From the NCBI GenBank assembly GCA_049999805.1, contig JBNGIO010005973.1, forward strand, positions 192,154-229,511: a DNA stretch of 37,358 nucleotides, given 5' to 3'. The first letter of the stretch is position 1; the number at the start of each line of letters is the position of its first letter. Of this stretch, positions 11,701 to 22,363 are shown piece by piece. This DNA is from Folioceros fuciformis. Lineage: Eukaryota. The notes under the pieces are model-generated. The model was not told the DNA's origin and searched no databases. It worked only from the letters and a program-made list of their open reading frames with translations. Position numbers and translations under genes: made by a program.

Positions 11701-14700
11701 TCTTTCGGTTTGATGAAAGCTTTCGGCATTTTGAATGGATTGGTGTTGAAATTCTGCTGTCAGATTATGTGGGCAGCAGGACGTTAACGTCCATGATGTT
11801 CATACCTGGGAAACGAGAGATTCTTCTGGTTGACAGCGACCTAAAAGTGCGTGTATGTGAGATAAGCCTGCCAGCCATGATGAGGCCAAGACACATTGTA
11901 CTGCCAGGTCCCGACCACAAGATGTGTATTAGCCCAGATGGGTCGTGCCTCCTTGTTTTCCGTAGCTCGGAAGCTAGGAAGGAGGACGTGCTGCATGATA
12001 CCGAGATTGAATGTGAAAGGGACAGTCAGAAAGCTGGGGAGTGCAATGACGACGAGGGGCTGACGCTTGACGTCTATCTTCTTGACGGGACAATGTCTCT
12101 TTTGAAGACGTTGAAGGTGACCGACATCTCCGGTGATGTTCGAAGAATTGATGTGAGCACAGTCGCATTTGGGTCGCAGAGTCATCTGATCCTTATCGAC
12201 ACATTGCGACCAGACAGAGGGATCTGTTCACAAGTCCTGGAGGTGACGTCGGCCTCTGAGGTTTGCCAGCTCCAAGCGCTGAGCAACACGGGTAACAAAG
12301 ACGACGTTGGAAGCACGAGCGAGGTGCAGAAGAATGTAAGCTGTCCATCCTTGGATTATGTGCACCATGTCTTTGACAAATACGCTGTCAGTCCTCCGTT
12401 GGTCTCTGGAGAAAGGGAGCTTTGTGTGCACGTTCTCTTGGAAGGTGAGCCGGAACCGAAGGCGTTCCGGTTCAAAGAAAAGTGCGTTGGGTACCTAGAA
12501 TCCTGTATCGACAAGCTTAAACGCGACAAGGGTAAGAGCTTCTCTAAGTTGAGCCTATCATTCGCATCAGACTTTGTAAGCAGATACATCTTCAAGCAGA
12601 CCCTCGTTGGGACCTGGGAAACGAGGAATTATGTCTATATGGGAGATTGGGTGCGCCTCCTGGTGTCCCTGGTTCCTATCCAGATAGCCCGAGCAGAGAA
12701 CAATGGGTTGAGGCCTCTTATCGACGGCCTGCAAATTTCATCGAACATGAATTACGCCGACGCCGTGGGACTCGCGGAGGCATTACGGTTTGGTTTCTAT
12801 GATTCCGTGCTAACACAGTGGAAGGGTCCTGTCAAGGTCATATCCTCGATGGGTAAGCAAAGCAGTGGGAAGTCGTATCTCCTGAACCACCTTAGTGGGT
12901 CCTTGCTGGACGTGGCAGGAGGACGGTGTACTGATGGTGTTTGGATGACCATGCGTGCTTCCAATGGCTGCCTTTACGTGTTACTCGATTTTGAGGGCCT
13001 GGGCAGCTTTGAAAGGAGCGAGCAGGAGGACATGTTGCTCTCCATTTTGAACGCGGCGATGAGTAACATGACCATTTTCAATAAAAAGGTAACAAATTCT
13101 ATCCTCCTGAAGGCAGAATGGGTCAGAATCCGGATCATCCAGGAACATAACACTTGCCTTGTGATGAACCCAACACTCAGAACTGACGCTGCTTAACGTC
13201 ATGATCGCAGGACTTCCATTTAGACAAGGAAACGGAGTCCGTGTTCGAGCGATTCCAAAATGGTGTGAGCATTGTAAAGGAAGACAGTCGCCTTTTCAAG
13301 GGCCTGTTCTACATGGCCATCAAGGATGTAGACATTGCTGATATCGAGGACCTGAAAGCAGAATTCTACACAAAGATTCAGCAGATCTGCAGCAAGTCTC
13401 AGGATAATTTCCTGACCAAGATGTATGGTGGCCAGGTGGAGGTTGCAGCTATGCCTCCATTCCAACGCGTTGACTACCACGACAGTGTGGCTGATATTGC
13501 TGCAGCAGTAGACGAAATAAAACCTATCCATCACAGCGGGAAAAGTTTGATGGTGGACTTGAAGTTGGTGATTGCTCAAATAAGTGCCAGGGACTGGTCT
13601 CCCCTTGACACCAAACGATTAGCTTTGAGACTGGAGCTTCTGAAAATGCACCTCATCACGGCCGTTAACCTTGGTCGGCTAGCGAGTGACTCTGATAATG
13701 TCCTGGTAAATTTCGAGACTCAAGAGCCAATTGCTGAATCGGCTTTACTCGTTGAGGGTCGAACCTTTAGCCTTGGTGACACAGGCTTGGAGCTTTCGCC
13801 TCGGCAGGAAAGCCAGGTCATGGGCGATGTTCTTGAGAACTTGAGGCAACACTTCCAGAATGGCTACCGGCGGATAGGTGACGATGACGAGGTATGGCAT
13901 TCAACATATGAGAAGTTCCTTTTGGCACTGGCAGACCGACGGAAGCTGAGGGTTTTAGAGTGGCTCCGGTGCAACACATCTGAGTTCCAGGATGATGGAG
14001 ACGTTCAGAAACTTCTCTTGGAAACGGCTGTTGTCCTGGCAGAATTGAAGCAAAGGCTCTCACTGTGCAGCAGTAAGTGCAAAAATTGTTTCCTGAGATG
14101 TGTTCGGGAGAAATCCCACCCAGGTGAAACATCGATGCACTCGTGTTTGGGAGGCCACCGCTGCCAAGAGAGGTGCTCTTTCTGCCTTATAGAATGCCCG
14201 GAGCAGAAAGAGTTCGCGAACTCCTGCTCGGATCTCAGCGGACACGAAGGTCCACATGACTGCAAGCTGAAGAGTCATACATGTGGAGAGGATTGCACCT
14301 TCATGCGCAGGTCTTCGAATTGCAACGAGTCATGCGCACTGAAGCCTGGGCATGCTGGAGACCATGTATGCAACACCAAACAGCACATCTGTGACCAAGG
14401 GTGCTCGCTTTGCGGGTGCAAAAACTCATGTATGATTTCCCTGGATTCTGGGGACCATGACCGTCACATTTGTCAGGAGCGAATGTGTCCGATGGATTGC
14501 ACAATCAAGGGCTGTAACAGGAAGTGCGGTTCGGAAGACCATTTTCACTCCCTTAGTTCCGATAGACACCTATGCGGAAATGAGCACACATGCCCTGAGA
14601 AATGCGAGTCCCCTGGAATCTGCCATATTACGACAGAGGTCGTGACGGTGTCCAAGACCTTCATAGGTAAGAGATCGGCCTTTGAGTACGAGCATGTTTC

Positions 14701-16030
14701 ACAGCAGAATGGGATCAGGAAAGCGTGTTGCATTGCCATTCCTCCGGGGGAGGAAACTCACTCTGGCAATCATTGTCATACCTCGAATCCGAATGCAGTT
14801 CACTTCTGTGAGACGAAATGCTCAGCATGTGGATACTTGTGCAATTTACCGATTTGTCACGCTGGTGTCCACGACACCACACATGGGAACATGCGGGATG
14901 TCCATTTCGCAGCAGAGGCCGCGCATATCGACCTGGAGGACAGAAAATATGAATGGGGGGAGTCCGGAAAAGCAGAGATGTGTATGATGCACTGTAAGGC
15001 TCAGGGCAGAGGGCACATTCACCTCATCCGATGTCTTGCTCATGCAATTCCCAAGGGACCTTGTGCTGAAGGATTGTATGATGGAGCAAGACATCAGACC
15101 CAGGAGTATGGTCCGGACAAAGGTGTTGCAAAAGATGAGCTTTCCCATGCAGCTTATTGGAAGCAAATGAGGTTCAAAGATCCGTGCAACGATGAAGATC
15201 AGAAGCAGTTCCAGCTGTGCAACCATTTTTGCCGTTCGGATGAACATGTTCCGGCTGCAACTTCTGGGAAAAATTCCACTGAACTTCGGTCCTATTGTAC
15301 AGAAAAAATGTGGCACGCCCCAGTTTCTAGGACTGGATCTGAATCCTCATCAGCAGGCTATGTGACGGAGGACGGACATTCCTTCGTCTGCAACCATCTG
15401 AAAAACACTGCGAACCATGTCGTGTTTGTCATAGACAGATCAGGCTCAATGGGATCCTCTGACACCAAACCAACACTCGCAAAGTTCGCTCACAGGTTCA
15501 ACAACCGGCTGGGATGTGTGTATGAAGCCATTCTTCGTTTCATCGTGACTCGCAGTCAAGCAGGGCAGCAAGATGTGGTGTCAATCATCCTGTTTGACAC
15601 ATTTGGTTCCATTGCGGTGGAACTGCAACCGATATCTGAGCACCTCGTGGACTTGCTGCTCTCTTTCAGTGTCGGAGGAGGGACCACTTACTCAAGCGGA
15701 CTCACCTTAGCTGAGCAGGTTTTGCAACGGGGGTTGCATGATCTCTCCATGCAAGCCAAGCATCCTGCTGTTGTGTTTTTGAGTGATGGTGGAAACAACG
15801 GAGGCAGCAACCCTCTGACTACTATCACAAAGATGATGGATATGGATCACCGTCTTGTATTCCACACAATTCTCTTCGGAAAAGATCATGTGGACCAGGA
15901 TATCCTTCGGAGAATGGCAAAAGCAGGGAACGGAAGCTTTCAGGTCAGTATCGACGAAGTGCAGCTAGCCAGGAGTTTTGAAGGTCTGGCCAAAAGCTTG
16001 CGTCCTAAGGTTTCATCTCTGATGAATTGA
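8769..16030 (+). CDS. Giant (~2379 aa) GB1/RHD3-type (GBP/VLIG-like) GTPase with Cys/His-rich repeats and C-terminal vWA domain; exons 8769-13088 and 13211-16030
   Basis: ORFs 8721..13196 and 13241..16030 join through a phase-0 intron 13089-13210 (AAG|GTAACA...TCGCAG|GAC), giving TIFNKK-DFHLDKETESVFERFQ. G1 GKQSSGKS (12852), G2 RCTDGVW, G3 DFEG, G4-like IKD; Cys/His repeats 14066-15400; vWA VFVIDRSGS...GGGTTY...VFLSDG. The first in-frame ATG is at 8769; the true start could lie in an upstream exon. Confidence 0.88.
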
Positions 16031-16237
16031 CAACATCAAGAGAGGTGAGGAACCGGTGCAACCACACGTCAAAATTTGGATAAAATCCGGACTTCAGCTT
16101 TAAACGTAGTTTAGCTGAGGCGTGCACCCTCACCATGAACTTTGGATAGAGTCCGAACCTAAGCTTAGCATAATTTGAAGTTTTGGAGTGCGATGATCTA
16201 AAACCCTAGACTGTTAGTTACAAATCAGGGTACGTGT

Positions 16238-17445
16238 TAGCCTCCCTTGCGGTTGATAAGGTTTGGTAGGCTCGATTGGAGCGCACAGAAACATAGTCCT
16301 CGTGGAGACACCACAGATTGCTTGCCTAAAGTTGCCCGGAGTGAGATGAAACAACGGACAACAGTTGAGTCAGGTAGGGATGAGAACAATAGGCAACAGA
16401 CACGAATGTTTGTCTCTCTCCGTCAATTCTTGCTACTTTCTGAAGGGCCAACACCAATGTCGTAGTCTTATAACCATGTTTGCAGTTCCACGCTGCGCGC
16501 ATAGCAATGGGAACGGACACAGTATGCTTGACGTCATACGTTCAAATCTCCATATCGTCGGAGCCCGATGCCGAGGTGAGCTGAGCATTCAGATCGTGGA
16601 CATGCAACACCCTATAATGTAAACAGTAGATAGCGCCGGCAGTACAGACGACAACATGCTGAGGAGAAACCCGGCGCTGCAAGAGGGTGAAGTGCACACT
16701 CCTGCAGTCCATCGTTTCAGCCTTGAGCAGTAGACAGTGTCCATGACCGGATGGCGCCGGCCTTGGCAATGGTGAAGAGCAAACACCTTGAACCCTTGGC
16801 CTCCTGATGCAGATGCCACCTGCACGTTGAAGTCGTGACCCATCTCTGTCTCAGGGTTAGTTATCTTGAGCGCAGGCAGCTCACAGTAGGTCTTGGTGAT
16901 AGGACTAAAGCACAAAAGTGTAATGGTCTGACTGCCCCCTCCCACACATCCATGTCAACAACAACCACATACCCATCGGCTGTAAAGGCAGTCAAACTCC
17001 TAGAGGTGGATTGCTTCATGCTCATATCGTTGCGTGAAAATGCCACCCTTACCTCTATGGAAGGAAGGACAAGTCTAGACCCGGGAGCCCTTTAATTGTG
17101 GGGCTTGAGCACGGCCCCAAAGCACACACCATTCGACTACCCTTGAACCTCTCCATAAGCCCATGTTCCTCCACCATGTGCCATTGTCCACCAAGTTGGA
17201 ATTACAATGGCAAGTTGGAAAGCGCTTGACAATGGCAAGGACGACAACATCTTCAATATAATATCAAGCGGGACGTTCTTGCAGAGTGACATATCCATTT
17301 CCTTGCCACCGTCACCCTCCTTCGGAACTCTGGCTAAAACAGCTAGCAGCAGCGTTCTTGCAGAGTGACATATCCATTTCCTCGTCACCATTACCCTCCG
17401 GAACTCTGTCTAAAATATCTAGCAGCAACGCAGATATCTCATGCG
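16238..17445 (-). pseudogene. F-box gene pseudogene, tandem paralog of 18217..19449
   Basis: Near-identical peptides to the neighbouring gene (LTAFTADGYVVVVDMDVWEG, FSPITKTYCELP, SVHFTL, C-terminal YQP) split across several frames by indels, with a degenerate F-box (LCKNVPLDIILKMLSSLPL). Confidence 0.85.
17274..17430. repeat. Two-copy ~79-bp tandem duplication at the 5' end of the F-box pseudogene
   Basis: CGTTCTTGCAGAGTGACATATCCATTTCCT... starts at both 17274 and 17353. Confidence 0.85.
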
Positions 17446-17722
17446 TATTCAAAATGCAGTCCGCAAGTGGATAATGAAGAAGTACTAAATATAGTCCAAC
17501 ATATGGAATCTATATTTATCAAACAAAAGTTATTTTGATTAGATTCTTTGAACAACTATGGTATATACGTATATAAATGATTGTTAGGCTAAGCATTGGA
17601 TCTCTTAAAGTATAATAATTTAAGTATAATAGATGGTTTTTAGAAGTGTGACAAAAGACATGTTTCTAGTAGATTATGCTTACTCAACTCAATGGCCAAG
17701 GTCTTTCTCAAAGAGATAGCCC

Positions 17723-18090
17723 GACAAAGCTGGAGTCCTACTAGACCAGACAAAGCTGGAGTCCTACCAGTCCAGACAAAGCTGGAGTCCTACCAGTCCA
17801 GACAAAGCTGGAGTCCTACTAGTCCAGACAAAGCTGGAGTCCTACTAGTCCAGACAAAGCTGGAGTCCTACCAATCCAGACAAAGAGCTGGAGTCCTACT
17901 AGACCAGACAAAGAGCTGGAGTCCTACTAGACCAGACAAAGCTGGAGTCCTACTAGTCCAGCCGAAGCTGGAGTACTACTAGGCGAAACAAAACTGGAGT
18001 CCTACTAGTCTAGACAAAGCTGGAGTACTACTAGTCAAAACAAAGCTGGAGTACTACTGGTCTAGACAAAGTTGGAGTACTACTAGTCCG
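17723..18090. repeat. 26-bp minisatellite, 14 head-to-tail copies, consensus GACAAAGCTGGAGTCCTACTAGTCCA
   Basis: Read directly from sequence. Copies 7 and 8 carry a 2-bp insertion, the last five copies are more diverged, and there are no spacers. Confidence 0.95.
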
Positions 18091-18216
18091 GAGCCAAAAC
18101 TATGGGGGTGTGGATTGCTACTAGATATGGCCTAGGCCTTGTCCTTACGTCCAGACTCTCATGGAACCCTCATTGCCCATGAACCTAGCACCCTTATACT
18201 CACGCTGCCAAACCTC

Positions 18217-19449
18217 CTAGAGCCAACGAGGTTGATACTCAAACAAGAAAGCCTTGCCAGCCGTGGAGGGCCCAACTTTGCATGATACCCATCTACCTTG
18301 CAGAATGTGATAGCATAGCCAATCTTCAGGTTGAAGGCCCTGATTGATGTTCCGGAGTGCCAAGCAAATCATATCACCCGCGACTCTCAGACCCTGGATA
18401 TAAAACATGTTCAGGTCATCCGAAATCGGAAGCTGGGCGAACGGCGTGGTGCACACTATCTCACACTCCCACTCTCCGTTCTTTGTATTCAGCTTCCGGA
18501 TCTGCAACATCGAATCGATTCCTATGACCACGTACAAATTTCCTGCATGCGCACACATCAATGGGTACGGATACAGATTATACTTGACATCAAGAGGTTC
18601 AAACTTCCATGTGAGCGCTCGATGGCGAGGTGAGGCATTCAAATCATGGACACGCAGTACCCTGTAATGTACAGAGTAGATAGCGTCGGCAGTGCAGATG
18701 ATGACGTTTGGAGGGAAAACCCTGCGCCGCGTAAGGGTGAAGTGCACACTGGCCGCATCCAGATTGCGCCCCGCAGTCCATCTTTTCAGCCTTGAGCAGT
18801 AGACAGTGGCCATGATCGGGTGGCCTCGGAAATGGTGAAGTGCAAACACTTTGAAGCTTCGGGCCCCTGATGCAACAACCTGTATGTTGAACTGCAGTTC
18901 TATCCCCGGTTCAGGTTGGGTGATCTTGAGCACAGGCAACTCACAATACGTCTTGGTGATAGGACTGAAGACACAGAAGTGGAGTAGCTTAACTGACCCC
19001 TCCCACGCATCCATGTCAACAACAACCACATACCCATCGGCTGTAGCGGCAGTCAACCTCCAAAAGGTGGATTGCCTCATGCGCATACTGGAGCGTCGAA
19101 AGGCCAACCTGTACCTGTCTGGAAGGAACAACAAGTCTAGGCCCGGGAGCCCTTTGATTGTGGGGCTCGAGCACGGGCCCAAAGCACACACCATCGCACT
19201 ACCCTTCACCCTCTTCTTCATCACATGCTCCTTTAGGAACTGTCCTGAAGTGATGAACTTGTACCACTTTTTGCACACAGTCGCACATTGGAACGCTCGT
19301 GGCAATGGCAAAAACGAGAGCACGCTCAATATAGCCTCATCCGGGAGACCCTTCCACAGTGTCTTATCGACCTCCTCACCATCATGGGCATCATTCAAAA
19401 CTCGGTCTAGAACACCCAACAATAGGATCGTGTTCCACTCCAGGTCCAT
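18217..19449 (-). CDS. F-box protein with putative beta-propeller/kelch-like C-terminus, intronless, 410 aa
   Basis: F-box motif LWKGLPDEAILSVLSFLPLPRAFQCATVCKKWYKFI; VFSPITKTYCELP and VYCSRLKRW segments typical of plant F-box-associated domains; C-terminal FEYQPR. Confidence 0.88.
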   Translation of the reverse strand: MDLEWNTILLLGVLDRVLNDAHDGEEVDKTLWKGLPDEAILSVLSFLPLPRAFQCATVCKKWYKFITSGQFLKEHVMKKRVKGSAMVCALGPCSSPTIKGLPGLDLLFLPDRYRLAFRRSSMRMRQSTFWRLTAATADGYVVVVDMDAWEGSVKLLHFCVFSPITKTYCELPVLKITQPEPGIELQFNIQVVASGARSFKVFALHHFRGHPIMATVYCSRLKRWTAGRNLDAASVHFTLTRRRVFPPNVIICTADAIYSVHYRVLRVHDLNASPRHRALTWKFEPLDVKYNLYPYPLMCAHAGNLYVVIGIDSMLQIRKLNTKNGEWECEIVCTTPFAQLPISDDLNMFYIQGLRVAGDMICLALRNINQGLQPEDWLCYHILQGRWVSCKVGPSTAGKAFLFEYQPRWL

Positions 19450-20128
19450 GTCTCCAAAGCCTTAGATCATAATTCAGCTGTTCCAAAAAAGAAAACCATG
19501 TCTAAGCATGCAATCATGTGCGCATTCAATAGGAGAAAGTGATATCCAATAACATCCACCAAGTATAAGAGAATGAAGAGTTAGTACAACTTACAATAAC
19601 AATCATCAAGCCTTGTACAAAGGCTGTCCAAGATGAAATGTTGCATCTAGTCTAACATATATAGAGCTGAGTCTATGTTTATCGAGAAAAAAAGGGAATC
19701 TTGATTCGATTGTTTAAGCAAGTATTAAATACATGCAAAGTTCCCGAAGGCAAACTCTATCAAAAAGGGTATCAAAAACACTACTTGTAGGACTATAATA
19801 TATATCATTTAGATGTAATAGATAACAAGAATACCCTTGTACATTTAAAGTGAAGGAGAGGTAAGTCAATAAAGAATGTGTGCACATATGGTGAATAGTA
19901 GGAGTACATATATTATATGTTGAGCTTCTTTGGCACGGGTGGTAGTCGACCTTTTTATTATTCCACATCATGATATTTTAGGAGCATTAGGCAATTCTTG
20001 TAGTTCTCGATTGTAAGCTTTTTTTTTTTTTTTTTGTTATTCCACATGGTGACATTTTTGGACGTGTTCGCAGGGGCTAGCCTCTTTTGCCATTGGTAGA
20101 TGGAACAAACTCTTGCTCTTATCTTTGG

Positions 20129-20366
20129 ATCTTTGGAGTAGATGGAATTTTCCATGGAAATAATCATTAATATATAATGGACTTGGAAGAGATGTAAATC
20201 TTTGGAGTAGATGGAACTTTCTATGTCTTTTTAATAAAGAAAAAAAATCATCAATATATTATGGACTTAAAGAAAGATGTGAATATTTGGAGTAGATGGA
20301 ACTTTCTACGTCTTTTTAATAATAGAAAGTAATCATCAACATATTATGGACTTAAAAGAGATGTGA
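20129..20366. repeat. AT-rich imperfect tandem repeat, 3 units of ~69-85 bp
   Basis: The unit TTTGGAGTAGATGGAA...ATGGACTT...AGATGT starts at 20129, 20198 and 20283. Confidence 0.8.
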
Positions 20367-20374
20367 GGACCATA

Positions 20375-20550
20375 CACCTGTCCTTGCCTTTGTAGCAGGC
20401 GGCATGCTTCCTTCTGGTTGATGACGTTGTCCTCTGCAAGAAGAACGTTTAGACCCTTTGTTGTTGACTTCATGGGAGAAGTTGTTCTTTCGTGCAGTTC
20501 CCAGCAATTACATGGTTCTTGCCGCGTATTCACACTCCCATGCGCCATTC
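20375..20550 (-). pseudogene. Fragment of a hybrid histidine kinase receiver (REC) domain
   Basis: KGLNVLLAEDNVINQKEACRLLQRQG matches the start of hybrid-HK receiver domains. No phospho-Asp segment or kinase domain was found nearby. Confidence 0.65.
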
Positions 20551-22099
20551 TGTCACACCCCCGTTTGGCTGCCTACTACTATTGCCTAGAACAATTGAGG
20601 ACCCACATGTTATGCAAGTATCGTGCACGGCTTTGGTTGCAGGATCTCCACACTGCTCCACTTACAAGGGCTGCCTCGCTTCCAGTTTCTGTTCGTGCTC
20701 ACTTCATGCTTCAATATCTACATCATTACAATGTTCCCTTGCACTTGGCTGTCCCACAGCCCCATGAGAACCGCTGAATGACAAGGCCTACTATCTTGCT
20801 TCTGCCATGGAGTCCATCCCTTGGAAGGTAGCAACATCTCTCCTGGCTTTCTCTAACCCTAAAGTGGCACGCACCTCAGACAACAACCTTGCTCTCAAGC
20901 ATGAGCTTGAAGCAGCATTTTTGGAAGGGCCGTCGGGGCGACTCAAATCGGAATCTCTAAGGCTGTCTTCCCGACTAGGCAGCAGTCGCAAGCTACACAC
21001 ATCCTCATCCTCCTCTTGTGAAAGGATGGTGCCAAGCTGGTTCACACAAGTTGCAGCTCCCAGAGATAGTGATGTAGACTTCCTATGTGACTTACCAGAC
21101 CAGAAAAGCCTATAAAGAGCTCCTGGATCAGACATGCTCCTTTCCAGAGGACCATGAGACACATACTTCGTCCTTGCCCGGTCTTCCTAATGCTGGCCCC
21201 CTCTCAAACTGCCCCCTCACTCTTCGTGTGGGGCTTGCTTTGCCTCTAGAGCAGCATGCTTGCTGCAAAGCCTCAAGAGAATGGGAATCTTGCGGGGCAG
21301 TCTAGACCTCATTCCCTGTCATAGAGGAAAGCGTATACAGACCCCTCAGCCCTATGCTGAGAAGTACTTCCTCTATAGCCGGGATGAAGCTACACAAAAG
21401 AAACCCCACTACTAGATACCCTTTCATTCTCCCCACGGTGTCCGACGAGCAAAAGACTGTCCAAAGCTATACCATACATACCTATGACAGCCAGAGTTGC
21501 ACAAGCCTTTGGAGGTGTCGACAGCGCAGACGGTTTGCCGAAATCTCCAGAATTCCAGACACGGACTTTTGCAAGACTCTGGCATTCGTAAGCTCTACTG
21601 TCGGAAGCCCAATGCCACTAGCGACCTTGATCCAGGGGAAGACGCCTTGCCTTGCCTTACGTCCAGACTGTGTTATGCGAGCATCCATCATCATCACTTA
21701 GGCTGGGGTGCATGCTGAGCATGCCCCAGCCACAGTCCTGGGTTCGACACTTTCTCAACGAGGTTCGGAATCTTGGGTTCGGCATTTGGTCAGCAAGGTT
21801 CGGAATGGCTTGTCCAAGCTCATGCCAAAGCTGCGCCCCGATACGAAGCCCTTAGGTCATGAGGAGCCGAGGAGAGCCCTAGGTAGGTTGTACACATAAA
21901 TTCACCGTTGCCTATAAGACAACTACTGTGTTGCTGGAGCGGCAATTGGGAGCGCCTACAGTGTCATCATAGCGAGCAAGTTAGTCTATTTGTGTTGGAT
22001 GCTTTGCGTGGTTTGGGCCTATTTGGGCCTCGTATTCCTCCGCTTCTTTCTGGTTATGGGCCTTGTTATTGCTGCTTAGGCCGCTTTGGTAATAATCTT

Positions 22100-22363
22100 T
22101 GAAGGATCGCTACAAGGAGCTACATGGTGAAGGAGGAGAGGAGAAAAGAGTGGTCACACTCTCATACACAGTCTCACATTGCAAGGGAGCTAAAAGGGGG
22201 TATTTATACCCTCTAGAAAAGCTCCCTAGGAACCTTCACAAGAAGCGCATAGGAAGCTTCCTACATATTAGCTTAAGCTAATATAAACTAATGGTACTTA
22301 ACTAAACACTAATCTTAGACTAAACACATTAGTCTAAGTACATTGGGCTTTATTAACCCTACA
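22100..22363 (-). repeat. 3' LTR of the copia family 1 element
   Basis: TG...CA termini, adjacent polypurine tract, and matches to 26893-27146 and 32688-32971. Confidence 0.92.

Noticed and set aside
8721-16030. Two separate genes of 1491 aa and 929 aa, as in the ORF track
   Set aside because: The break falls inside the GTPase domain, and a canonical phase-0 intron (13089-13210) joins the two in frame.
17723-18090. Possible CRISPR array, and the ORF 17692..17982 over it
   Set aside because: Units are head-to-tail with no unique spacers, there are no cas genes, the context is eukaryotic, and the ORF is simply the translated repeat.
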